This document shows positions 13,307 to 24,416 of a stretch of 44,205 nt of DNA, in pieces. How positions within the stretch are numbered: the stretch's first letter is position 1; every line of letters starts with the position of its first letter. This DNA comes from Octopus bimaculoides. Its lineage: Eukaryota. Below the pieces are notes generated by a model. The model was given only the letters and a program-made list of their open reading frames with translations, had not been told where the DNA came from and ran no database searches. The translations under genes and the position numbers were made by a program. The stretch is taken from the NCBI RefSeq assembly GCF_001194135.2, contig NC_068991.1, forward strand, positions 17,401,616-17,445,820, in the 5' to 3' direction.

Positions 13307-13427
13307 CACCTGTTTTCTTGTAACACCCTCTCTTTTCTTTTTGCGCTTCTTCTCTGATGAGGTGCATAAGGTAGCGTTGCCTCTTATGGAGGGTAACCGA
13401 GAGGTACCAAAGTCCTTGTGGCAACCC
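13307..13427 (-). CDS. Internal coding exon (121 nt, or 118 nt with the alternative donor) of the LRR gene: GLPQGLWYLSVTLHKRQRYLMHLIREEAQKEKRGCYKKT(G)
   Basis: Strong pyrimidine-rich acceptor ttccttctgcAG at 13428-13429 and an open frame. Donor GTCAGT at 13306 (or GTGGTC at 13309); both are phase 1, matching the phase-1 start of exon 9413-9510. Confidence 0.72.
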
Positions 13428-13755
13428 CTGCAGAAGGAAATGGAAAGAAAATGAAAAAATGTTATTAAATTGATTAACAAAATCTATATTTAGTTATTAT
13501 ATCAAAATTTTTGCTCTCCTTGCACCTTTCCCTTTGAAAGTCTGTTGTGTTCAGTTTGTTCCCATGGTTACACAGATTAGACAAGCCTACAATTTGACAT
13601 TCTTCCATGTGTTTTGCTCTTGTACACTATATTCTAATTATATATAAACAGAGGGTTTTTTTCTTTTTTTGAAGGTCAGATATCCATACTATTGTGACTG
13701 ATATTATGACTAAATAAATGAACAAAGGCTTATTATTCATCAAAATACAATTATA

Positions 13756-13803
<48 letters not shown>

Positions 13804-14482
13804 TCATCATCATCATATATATATCAGTCAAATCGTCCNNNNNNNNNNNNNNNNNNNNNNNNNNNNNNNNNNNNNNNNNNNNNNNNNNNNNNNNNNNNNN
13901 NNNNNNNNNNNNNNNNNNNNNNNNNNNNNNNNNNNNNNNNNNNNNNNNNNNNNNNNNNNNNNNNNNNNNNNNNNNNNNNNNNNNNNNNNNNNNNNNNNNN
14001 NNNNNNNNNNNNNNNNNNNNNNNNNNNNNNNNNNNNNNNNNNNNNNNNNNNNNNNNNNNNNNNNNNNNNNNNNNNNNNNNNNNNNNNNNNNNNNNNNNNN
14101 NNNNNNNNNNNNNNNNNNNNNNNNNNNNNNNNNNNNNNNNNNNNNNNNNNNNNNNNNNNNNNNNNNNNNNNNNNNNNNNNNNNNNNNNNNNNNNNNNNNN
14201 NNNNNNNNNNNNNNNNNNNNNNNNNNNNNNNNNNNNNNNNNNNNNNNNNNNNNNNNNNNNNNNNNNNNNNNNNNNNNNNNNNNNNNNNNNNNNNNNNNNN
14301 NNNNNNNNNNNNNNNNNNNNNNNNNNNNNNNNNNNNNNNNNNNNNNNNNNNNNNNNNNNNNNNNNNNNNNNNNNNNNNNNNNNNNNNNNNNNNNNNNNNN
14401 NNNNNNNNNNNNNNNNNNNNNNNNNNNNNNNNNNNNNNNNNNNNNNNNNNNNNNNNNNNNNGTTTAGGTACATATATATTTC

Positions 14483-14515
<33 letters not shown>

Positions 14516-14699
14516 AGCAAAGGGGTATGAATGTACAGAGTAGAATGATTTGTCCTGGGTTTTTTTTTTGCACTGAGTTTGCATCCTGCCAAGGTCAACT
14601 TTGTCTTTCATCTCTTTGAAATGGAGCAAAAAACAGAAAACAAAACCAATCCAGTAGTGGAGTCAATTCATCTCTCTCTCTCTCTCTCTGTAATGGTGG

Positions 14700-14730
<31 letters not shown>

Positions 14731-15934
14731 AAGGAGGAGGAGGAGGAGGAGAGAAATTGGTTGTATTTAAATCTGGAGAGGAATGAGCTTCACCGGGTTT
14801 AAATGCCCAAAACATGTACGAGACAATGGTATATACAATGATTGCACCAAGAGTTGGGAGCTCAAGGATTGAAGTAAGGGAGATTGTATTTTCTATGATA
14901 ATCCAAACCACAGTGAACTCAGAAAAACACCACAACCACCAACAACATACATACATGCCCAAACCTTGTGTACAGCAACATGCACAGCATGGCTCTACAT
15001 CGAAAAGAAATTTTGTCAGACATATCAGTGTGAATAAGAAGCTCACTTTACAATCACATGGTTTCAGATTCAGTCCTGCTGGGCAGCACTTTGGGCAAAT
15101 GTCTTCTACTAAAGCCCCAAGCCAACAAATGCCTTGTGAGTGAATACAGTCGACCTAAACTGTGTTGGAACCCATCATGTGTGTGTAAGTGAGTGTATTC
15201 TTGTGCTTGTGTTTGTCCCCTCCAACTCACTACTTGATAACTGGGATTGATTTGCTCAACTAAAGCCTTCAAGACATTACTAGACACAGCACAACTACAC
15301 ACATAAGATCCTCACATGTCTACATCATATGTTTATTATTTACATCATCTGACTCAAAATCCAGACTCATTATTACTGTCAAACTCCTCTGAGATGTCAA
15401 ATATTTTGAGTTCATTGAATGAAAGTAACTTTTGCGAACAGAATGTGCACCACTAGCAACCACCATATGGCTTTTTAACATTTAAATCTAAAAATACACC
15501 ATTCTAAATATATGTCACAGAGACATGAAAATCATGGAAATTCTGCAGGTATGCATGCAGTGGAGCCCTCTAGTGATATGTTGGCACATTAACATTCAAT
15601 ATTCATCAATCAGCCAATAGGAGAATGCCATACACTGAGTTACAGCAAAAATGACCAAAATGTCACCCTGCCTGTGTACTATTGGCAACCAAAACACCAT
15701 TTTCCCTATAAAAAGGTTAACAGTTTCTGTACAGTCATTAACCAGCTACAAACAACTTCCTCGAATTACACCCTTCCATTGTAAATAAAGCATAAATTGG
15801 ACCATATAATTCCTGATATTCAAAATAACTGCATCTTCATGGCAAGAATATCTTTAATCATAGGTCTACTTGATCAACGTTGGCTTGGGACTAAACAATA
15901 ACAACAAGATTAATAGGGACTAATAGATAGAATG

Positions 15935-16140
15935 TTATAAAAATAATGTTGGGATACCACTAATTTACCACTTTGGTAAGTGTAGCTATAAAAGTGTTGG
16001 GGGTACCCCTAGCATGGTAGGTGTAGCTATAACAGTGTTGGAGTACCACTAATACTGTGTAACTATAAATGTGTTGGGGTACTACTAACAGGAGCTATAA
16101 AAAATGTTGGAGTAGTATCAACATAGTAAGTGGGAGCTAT
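15935..16140. repeat. Degenerate minisatellite, about 5-6 units of variable length
   Basis: Recurring core (AG)CTATAA-N(2-4)-TGTTGG(G/A)GTAC-N-ACTA. Confidence 0.7.
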
Positions 16141-16597
16141 GTGGACAGAAAATGGGCTCAGAGTGACAAAAACAAAGATGGAATGATGATGTGAAGAAGT
16201 GGCAATGTGTATGACTAGTACAAGATCATGGTGTGTGGCTAGGAATGGTGGTAGTATCTAAGATCCTTGACCATAAGAATGTGCATATTTATTTGTTCAT
16301 TCAATGCAACCTTACTCCAGACAACCCAACCACAAAGAGCATCATTTAGTAACATCCACAGTTACTTTGGTTGCTCTAAGTTCCAAGTTCAAATCACCCT
16401 CCTCCAGCTCTAAGTACTAATATTATACTGGTGCCAATTCAATCAACTCTTTTCTGTCTCCCTGTAAAAACTGACATTATTCATAATCAAAAAAATAACA
16501 AGCCCCTTTTGAAAGCTGAGAACCAGAAAGTTGCTTGCATTTTAACTCGATGTATCACTGAATCTTATTTTGCCAACAAAGCCAACACCCAAATGAA

Positions 16598-16647
16598 ATT
16601 CCAACAGAAGAAGAACCATGAGATTCCAACAGAAAAAGAACCATGAG
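16598..16647. repeat. 25-bp tandem duplication ATTCCAACAGAA(G/A)AAGAACCATGAG x2
   Basis: Two adjacent copies differing at one base. Confidence 0.85.
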
Positions 16648-16934
16648 ACACCAAAATAGATGCTATAAAATAACTGTTTCCACCAAACCCCACCACTTTT
16701 TATTACTAATAATAATGCTTTAAAATAGAATTTCCTTAGTCACTGAAACTGCTCAAAATAGCAACCAAATGTTCCTCCATAAACTGCCATTCACCTTTAA
16801 AATACAAGACTGTAAGGCAGTAAGAGAATTGATGTAACCAAGTCAATAATGTTGTAACTAAAGTTCCCTAAAATGTTCTGTAAGCCAACTGAAATTTTAT
16901 TACTATCTCCAGTAAGTTGAGCAACCCTATAGAA

Positions 16935-17193
16935 CAGTGGCTCTCAACCGGGGTCCATATGGCCCCAAAGACGAGGGGGATATCAGATTTTGTTGTTAAA
17001 ATTTATCTGCAATGAATTGGTTATACTTCTACAGTATACAATATTTTAACAGTTTTTTTTTTATACAATTCCTAATAATACTTAATTATAAAAATATAAT
17101 AGGATTTTTTAAACATTGAATGGTTAAGAGGGCCCATCTAAGTAAAATAGGAATCAATAGGGTCCATAGGTAAAATGTAGTTGAGAAACACTA
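16935..17193. mobile_element. Older non-autonomous hAT-type MITE (259 bp)
   Basis: Imperfect TIRs CAGTGGCTCTCAACC / AGTTGAGAAACACTA, subterminal GG(G)GTCC motifs, and 8-bp flanks CTATAGAA and ATATAGAG (6/8 match). Confidence 0.7.
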
Positions 17194-17948
17194 ATATAGA
17201 GTCTTCATGTTACAGAGTGTATCTCAGGTAAGCCAATCTGGTGGCACTCACACTTCTTCATGTTACAACTAACAGCAGTTTACTATACCATCACATGGTA
17301 TCTACTATAGGTAAACTGAGCCATTATAACTGTCTGCTATTGTTGCTGTTTAGTGCCAGTTTAGCCCCAATCCAGCAGACCTCTGATCAAATGCATTCCA
17401 ACCATGACCATCCTATCTTTGTTTTAAATGACCACACAGCCAGTGGGCACAGTAGGCTGTTGCTTGGGGACCTCACAGCCCCACAGTGTATGTTGTGGTT
17501 TCTACCATTGTATATAATTACTAATGGCCTTTGTCCATTGGTTTTTATGAGAAATGGCCTATAGTACAACATTATCTAATGTGTCATTTTCCAAGATTGT
17601 AGGGTATATCATCATCATCATCATCCTTTAAAATCCATTTTCCATGCTAGCATGGGTTGGACCATTTGACCAAAGTTGGCAGGCAGGAGAACTGCATCAG
17701 GTTCCAGTTTGTGTTGGCATAATATCTATGGCTGGATGCCCTTCCTAATGCCAACCACTCTACAGTATGTGCAGGATGCTTTTAACGTAGCACTGGCTTA
17801 ATAGCGTGGGACAAGTATAATCTAAGAAATTTGGCAGCTATTTCTAGTACATCGAATAACTACATAGAAGCTCTCACATCGGTTGATTTGGTCAATAATA
17901 ACCAGCTTGCAGACACAGTAGGTTTATTTGGAAATACAAACCTCAAAC

Positions 17949-18019
17949 CCTTTGGAAAGCAGCCGTCAACAGCTGTAACTCTTCCACATGAAAAAAACCA
18001 GGACTTGAATATTGAAAAC
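17949..18019 (-). CDS. Candidate upstream coding exon (71 nt): (G)FQYSSPGFFHVEELQLLTAAFQR
   Basis: Acceptor cttgtcAG at 18020-18021 and an open frame ending in phase 0, as exon 13307-13427 requires. The donor (AGG|GTTTGA) is weak and I have no homology support. Confidence 0.3.
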
Positions 18020-18329
18020 CTGACAAGACCACCCAAGAAACTAACAAACTATTTGCCTAGTGTACTTATTCCATAACAAGGTCGACTGACAGGTATGGTG
18101 AAAGTCAAGTATCTGTCGATGCAAGCAGGTGTATTTCACAAATTATATTTCTACTACACAGAACAACTGTTAGGGATATTCAGAACAGGAGTTAGCCTCC
18201 TGAAAGCATTTCTATTTTATTAGGCAACACATACTCCAGTACATCACATCATACCATTACATACCTTCTAAAAAGAAAGAGGAAAAAAATGAGACCATTT
18301 AAAAAAAAAAACTTTAAACCCAGCACACA

Positions 18330-18435
<106 letters not shown>

Positions 18436-18555
18436 GTGTGTGTATGTGTGTGTATATATATAATATACATAAATATACTCATATACATATAAGGGTAGTT
18501 GGAGTACATCTCCTTTATGTATGTTTGGTTTAATGCATAACTGAAATCTATCAGC

Positions 18556-18603
<48 letters not shown>

Positions 18604-19142
18604 AGAGAGAGAGAGAAAGAAAGAGGGGGATTAAATATATCAAAACATCAACACATACACGTGCATGTACACACACATGCCTGATGAAAGGATGTACTGG
18701 TGTAAAAAAATAAAACAAAAAAAAATTAAAAATAAACAAAAATCTGTCAGCTGTTTTGTTTTTGGGGAGTGTTTCTTTTTTTTTTTTGAAACGAGATACG
18801 TTCTTTAAATAAAATAATAATATAAAAGAAATGATATCCTTCTACAGAGGGTGCCAGATTACAACATTTTATTTATTTATTTATTGCTAAATATATTGAA
18901 GGCGTGTAAAAAAAATTCTATGAGTCACCTGATAAGGGTTATTTATTATACTACAAAGTCATAGAAATATACAAGGGTTACTTCTTGTATGTTTGTGGCA
19001 TCAAAAATGAAAGCTGAAAATGATTTTTAACCTTTTTTTTTTTTACCATATTTCAATTGAAACACTGCCTTTGTTTCAATGAATTTGAAAAATAATGAAG
19101 AATTCAGTAAAATAATTTTGTCGTTAAGCTGGTGTTTGAATG

Positions 19143-19730
19143 TGTGTGGCTTAGTGGTTAGGGTATCTGGTTAGATTATAAGGTCACGAGTTCAATTCCC
19201 AGCAACGCATTGTGTCATTGAGCAAGACACTTTATTCCATGTTGCTCCAGTCTGCTCAGCTAGCAAAAATGAGTTGTATTTGTATTTCAAAGGACCAGCC
19301 TTGGCACATTCTGTGTCAAGCTGAATCTCCTAAGAACTATCTAAAGCAGGGGTTTTCAAACTGTGGTCCGCAAGGACAAGACAGGGGGTCCGTGGACAGC
19401 AAATACTTTTTATGGGCAATTTGATTTTATATATGTTTTTTAATCGAAATCTTTTAATTGACAATAAACCTATTTGTTAAATACTGTTAAATAAATAAAT
19501 GAAAAATATATGTTATTTTAAGCAAATATTTATGTTTAAATTTCATAAGCGTTTATAAGGTAAAGCCTGAAATATAAAGGGGTCCGCAAGTCAAAAAGTT
19601 TGAAAACCCCTGATCTAAAGCATACACATGTCTGTGGAGTGCTCAACCACTTGTATGTTAATTTCACAAGCAAACTGTTCCATTGATCAGATTAACTGCA
19701 ACCCTCGTCGTCATAACAGACAGAGTGCCA
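19143..19730 (+). mobile_element. Diverged tRNA-derived SINE with family-A 3' tail, split by the hAT MITE
   Basis: tRNA-like head (GGCTTAGTGGTTAGG...GTTCAATTCC). The tail GCTGAATCTCC...TGTCTGTGGAGTGCTCA...GAGTGCCA resumes after the MITE. Confidence 0.8.
19347..19612. mobile_element. Non-autonomous hAT (Charlie-like) MITE, 266 bp, inserted into a SINE
   Basis: Perfect 16-bp TIR CAGGGGTTTTCAAACT and exact 8-bp TSD ATCTAAAG at 19339-19346 and 19613-19620. Confidence 0.92.
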
Positions 19731-20325
19731 AGTTGGTGTTTGGGACATAAATTAGTATGCAATTTTGTTAGGAGTTTTTAGTTTAGACCACTTTAAAATG
19801 GGAAGTTTGTATTTTAGAACTAGGACATTCCTAATAAGGTTGGCATCTAAAGGGTTAATAAAAGTATCGACAAAACAAACTTTTCATATTTGATATAGAC
19901 CTGCGTAGTATGATTATTAAATTTTTTATTCAAAATTCTTTGAAGGATAGATTCAAAGAAAATTTAATCATGAGGAATAGTTTTATATAAATTGTTTTCA
20001 TTTTTCTATTGACGTTAAAACAATGAAAACTTCCTTATTGAAGATTTCTCCAAGTATTATTTCATCAAATCACTGGTGAACCAATGCCATAAAAATAGAA
20101 ATGATTCACGCATATATTGGTTTCAAATTTTAGCTCAACACCAGTGATTTCGAGGGAAGGTGGGGTAAATCAATAACAACATGAAAAGTGCCCAACTGGC
20201 ACTTGTTTTATCAACCCTGAAAGGATGAAATATAAAGTTGGCTTCAGCAGAATTCAAAGTCAGAATGTAAAGATGCATGAAATGCTGCTAAGTATTTTGC
20301 CTGGAGTGTAAACAATTCTGCTCAT

Positions 20326-20696
20326 GGAGGCGCAATGGCCCAGTGGTTAGGGCAGTGGACTCGCGGATTCAATTCCCAGACCGGGCGTTGTGAGTGTTTA
20401 TTGAGCAAAAACACCTAAAGCTCCACGAGGCTCCGGCAGGGAACGGTGGCGAACCCTGCTGTACTCTTCCACCACAACTGTCTCTCACTCTTTCTTCCTG
20501 TTTCTGTTGTACCTGTATTTCTAAGGGCCAGCCTTGTCAAACTGTCTCACGCTGAATATCCCCGAGAGCTACATTAAGGGTACACGTGTCTGTGGATTGC
20601 TCAGCCACTTGCACGTTAATTTCACGAGCAGGCTGTTCCGTTGATCGGATCGACTGGAACCCTCTACGTCATAAGCGACGGAGTGCCAACAACAAC
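20326..20696 (+). mobile_element. Full-length tRNA-derived SINE, family A, nested in the head of a reverse family-C SINE
   Basis: Head GGAGGCGCAATGGCCCAGTGGTTAGGG with A/B-box-like motifs, tail GAGTGCCAACAACAAC, and imperfect TSD AAACAATTCTG(CTAG)CTCAT. Confidence 0.9.
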
Positions 20697-21324
20697 AAAC
20701 AATTCTGCTAGCTCATCGCCTACATTCACACATATATTAGTTTCAAATTTTGGCAGAAAGCTAGCAATCTAGGGACACAAATTAAGTCAATTACATCGAC
20801 CCGTGTTTAGCTAGTACTTATTGTTTTGACCCAAAAAAGGATGAAAGGTAAAGTTGACCCCAGTAGAATTTGAACTCAGAATGTAAGGACAGGCAAAATA
20901 CCACAGAGCATTTTGCCAGGCGTGCTAATGATTCTGCCAGCTCAAAGAATTCACACACATAATAAAATTTACTTATCTTCATGACTTAGACCAAGAAATC
21001 TGGGGGAAAAAAATCTGTAGAGTTTACTGCTCGTAGTTTTGTTACCTTGGTTCATATTACTACAGGTGTTAAACATTATTTTTATTTTCAAAATAAACAA
21101 TAAACAGAAAAAAAATTATGAAACTAAGAAAAACATGATTTCCTCTATAATTTGGTGAAAGCAGTGAGTACAGCTAGTTTGAACAAACAACAATAACAAC
21201 AACAGCTTTACAACAGACCTTTCTAATGTGAAGCAGTTAAACAGCTGCATAAGTTTATATCTTCAATGTTTTGTTAGAGAGGATAAATAAATCGTGAGAA
21301 CTTCTAGTCAATGTTGCAGAGAAC

Positions 21325-21850
21325 TGACAGTCACACCTTTTTACTGTCTTGTAAGGCAGCGAGCTGGCAGAAACGTTAGCACACCAGGCTAAATGCTTAG
21401 CAATATTTCGTCTGTTTTTATGTTCTGAGTTCAAATTCTTATTTCTTTATTGCCCACAAGGGGCTAAACATAGAGGGGACAAACAAGGACAGACAAAGGG
21501 ATTAAGTCGACTACATTGACCTCAGTGTGTAACTGGTACTTAATTTATCGACCCCGAAAGGATGAAAGGCAAAGTCGACCTCGGCGGAATTTGAACTCAG
21601 AACATAACGGCAGACGAAATACCACTAAGCATTTTGCTCGACGTGCTAATGTTTCTGCCAGCTCGCCGCCTTACAAGACAGTAAAACGGTGTGACAGTAA
21701 AAAGGTCTGAGTTCAAATTCTGCCAAGGTCGACTTTGCCTTTCCTCCTTTTGGGGTCAATAAATTAAGTACCAGTTGCAATTTGGGGATGAGCTAATTGA
21801 CTGGCCCCTCCTCAAAAATTTCAAGCCTTGTGCCCAAAGTAGAAAAGATT
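21325..21850 (+). mobile_element. Family-C SINE (tail ...AAATTTCAAGCCTTGTGCC) interrupted at 21439-21705 by an inverted family-C copy
   Basis: Head GGCAGCGAGCTGGCAGAAACGTTAGCAC. The body resumes at 21706 with TCTGAGTTCAAATTC...GGTCGACTTTGCCTTTC. Confidence 0.8.
21439..21705 (-). mobile_element. Full-length family-C SINE (central GGTCGACTTTGCCTTTCATCCTTTCGGGGTCGATAAATTAAGTACCAG domain)
   Basis: Complete head, central domain and ...GTGGGCAATAAAGAAATAAG tail in reverse. 15-bp TSD TCTGAGTTCAAATTC at 21424-21438 and 21706-21720. Confidence 0.9.
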
Positions 21851-22166
21851 TTTACTGTGCTGTTGTTGTTGTTGTTATTATTAGAGTGGTGAGCAGGCAG
21901 AACTGTTAACACACAGAAAAAAATGCTTTGTGGCATTTCATCCAGAGTTCAAATGCTGCTGAGGTTGACTTTGCCTTTCATGCTTCCAGGGTCAATAAAA
22001 CAAGTACCAGTTGAGTACTGGGGTTGATGCAATCAACTACCCCAACCTCAAAATTTCAGACCTTGTGCCTATTGCTGAAAAGATTATTATTTTTATTCTT
22101 ATTATTAAAGCAACAAGAAAAAAATTCTTTTTCTTCTTCTTCTTCATATTATTATTACTATTATTA

Positions 22167-22385
22167 GGCAGCGAGTAGGTAGAATTGTTAGCACACTGGG
22201 TAAAATGCTTGGTGGTATTTCATTTGCCGCTACATTCTGAATTCAAATTCCACTGAGGTTGACTTTGCCTTTCATCCTTTCGGGGTTGATAAGCTAAGTA
22301 AGTACCAGTGAAACACTGGGGTTAATGTATATGACTAGTCCCCTTCCCCCAAATTTCAGGCCTTGTACCTTTAGTAGAAAGGATT
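22167..22385 (+). mobile_element. Family-C SINE copy ending in an (ATT)n tail; one of many partial family-C copies (also about 10.98-13.0 kb, 20.1-22.1 kb, 32.9-33.95 kb and 43.4-43.85 kb)
   Basis: Same head and GACTTTGCCTTTCATCCTTTCGGGG domain, with tail AAATTTCAGGCCTTGT...GGATTATTATT. Confidence 0.8.
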
Positions 22386-22398
22386 ATTATTATTATTT

Positions 22399-22433
<35 letters not shown>

Positions 22434-22663
22434 TTTATTGCTTTTATTATATAGACAAACTGTAGAAAAAGTATCCATGGATATGCTTGGCATGAAAAGA
22501 AATTAGCAAAACCAATGCTAACATATTGTAACAAGCAAACATTTTATTCATTTAACTTTACAATAGAGGTGAGGAGAAAGAATCTTTATCTTAAAGATGA
22601 ATTCTGGTCAAATAAGGCAAGGGAGATAACCCCAAAATTTTAATTAATTAAAAACAGAATGTT

Positions 22664-23704
22664 AACAAGAGCACACAGAGAGCGCAAACCTCGGATCTAT
22701 TTCAAAACGGCGGCACCAGTATTTTCTTAACGAAACACTAACGAAACACTTTGAAACTTGGGACACTGGTAGAATGTGTCATATAAAACATCTTTTACTC
22801 TTAGTCTTCTTAACAAAAAAACGTACATCGCAAGTTATTCCATGTTAAAGTTGTCGTATTTCTGTAATTTCAACCAATCACTGACGTCTATTCAGCTCAA
22901 TAGAGTTACTGCTGGGCGGTCATAAAAATGTTATTCCCTGTGACATATTTCATCCGGTTTAATCGTAATTTATACGCATATATTGTTTATATAATAAATT
23001 ACGCTGTGCGTATCTATGTGTGTAACAATTTTAGAGTTCGGGTTAGTTTTAGGGTTAGGGTTAGGGGATTAATACGATATACACCGTTACAGNNNNNNNN
23101 NNNNNNNNNNNNNNNNNNNNNNNNNNNNNNNNNNNNNNNNNNNNNNNNNNNNNNNNNNNNNNNNNNNNNNNNNNNNNNNNNNNNNNNNNNNNNNNNNNNN
23201 NNNNNNNNNNNNNNNNNNNNNNNNNNNNNNNNNNNNNNNNNNNNNNNNNNNNNNNNNNNNNNNNNNNNNNNNNNNNNNNNNNNNNNNNNNNNNNNNNNNN
23301 NNNNNNNNNNNNNNNNNNNNNNNNNNNNNNNNNNNNNNNNNNNNNNNNNNNNNNNNNNNNNNNNNNNNNNNNNNNNNNNNNNNNNNNNNNNNNNNNNNNN
23401 NNNNNNNNNNNNTAAAACGAGAATATCTGAAATAAACTCAACTGCTCCCACAAACAGGAATACTAAAAATGAACCCAACCACTCTCAAAAATTAAGTAAA
23501 AAAAAAATGGAAAAATAATCCAGAATCCTTGTCCGGTACTGGATTGATGGCAAAATTTAATCAGTTCATGCCAGTGATAAGCAAAACATCCCTGAAAGTT
23601 TCATCCGAAACCATCCATCAGTCCTTGAAATATCTTGTCCACAGACAAACAAACAAACATGACTAAAAACAATACCTCCGCCTTCGCTAAGGTGGAGGTA
23701 ATAA
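22664..23704 (-). mobile_element. Helentron/Helitron-like non-autonomous element, interrupted by another repeat and an assembly gap
   Basis: One end reads AACAAGAGCACACAGAGAGCGCAAACCTC. The other end has a (CAAA)n microsatellite and the hairpin TACCTCCGCCTTCGCTAAGGTGGAGGTA (23673-23700). No TSD seen. Confidence 0.55.
22693..23092. mobile_element. Unclassified CpG-rich repeat nested in the Helentron-like element, carrying (TTAGGG)3
   Basis: Abrupt junction after AAACCTC, CpG-rich relative to its flanks, TTAGGG x3 at 23049-23066. The other end is lost in the gap at 23093-23412. Confidence 0.45.
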
Positions 23705-24007
23705 ATTGTTGGATGTGAGAGTCTGATTTGGGCAACAAGGTTTTAGAGTCAGTACACAACACCTTCAACTCCAACTCTGACTGAGTCATTAATTTAAAGT
23801 ACCACTAATTTTGATTCCTACGTCCAAGGAGATTAATCGTATATTTTATATATTAACAGAAAGCACATACAAAGCCAAAGTGAATCATATTATTTACTAA
23901 AGCAAAATACCACAGACTTGTAAGAAACCTTAGTTTAACCCAATAATGCCTAAATTACTAATATGCAGCAAAAAACAAATAAATATATATATATATATAT
24001 ATATATA

Positions 24008-24416
24008 GGCGTAGGAGTGGCTGTGTGGTAAGTAGCTTGCTTACCAACCACATGGTCCCGGGTTCAGTCCCACTGCGTGGCATCCTGGGCAAGTGTCTTC
24101 TACTATAGCCTCGGGCCGACCAATGCCTTGTGAGTGGATTTGGTAGCCGGAAACTGAAAGAAGCCTGTCGTATATATGTATATATATATATGTATGTGTG
24201 TATGTGTTTGTATGTCTGTGTTTGTCCCCCCAACATCGCTTGACAACCGATGCTGGTGTTTACATCCCCGTAACTTAGCGGTTCGGCAAAAGAGACCGAA
24301 AGAATAAGTACTAGGCTTCCAAAGAATAAGTCCTGGGGTCGATTTGCTCGACTAAAGGTGGTGCTCCAGCATGGCCACAGTCAAAAGACTGAAACAAGTA
24401 AAAGAGTAAAAGAGTA
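24008..24416 (+). mobile_element. Full-length tRNA-derived SINE, family B
   Basis: Head GGCGTAGGAGTGGCTGTGTGGTAAG...GGTTCAGTCCCAC, internal (TA)n/(TG)n, tail GACTGAAACAAGTAAAAGAGTAAAAGAG. Inserted after a (TA)n run. Confidence 0.9.

Noticed and set aside
15935-16140. CRISPR-like repeat-spacer array
   Set aside because: The repeats are degenerate, the spacers are short and irregular, there are no cas genes, and the context is eukaryotic.
20326-20400. tRNA gene-like sequence (also at 37192 and 36330-36404)
   Set aside because: These are tRNA-derived SINE heads with A/B boxes but no complete cloverleaf, and they continue into SINE body, tail and TSD.
23049-23066. Telomere or chromosome-fusion site
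   Set aside because: Only three TTAGGG units, embedded in an interspersed repeat.
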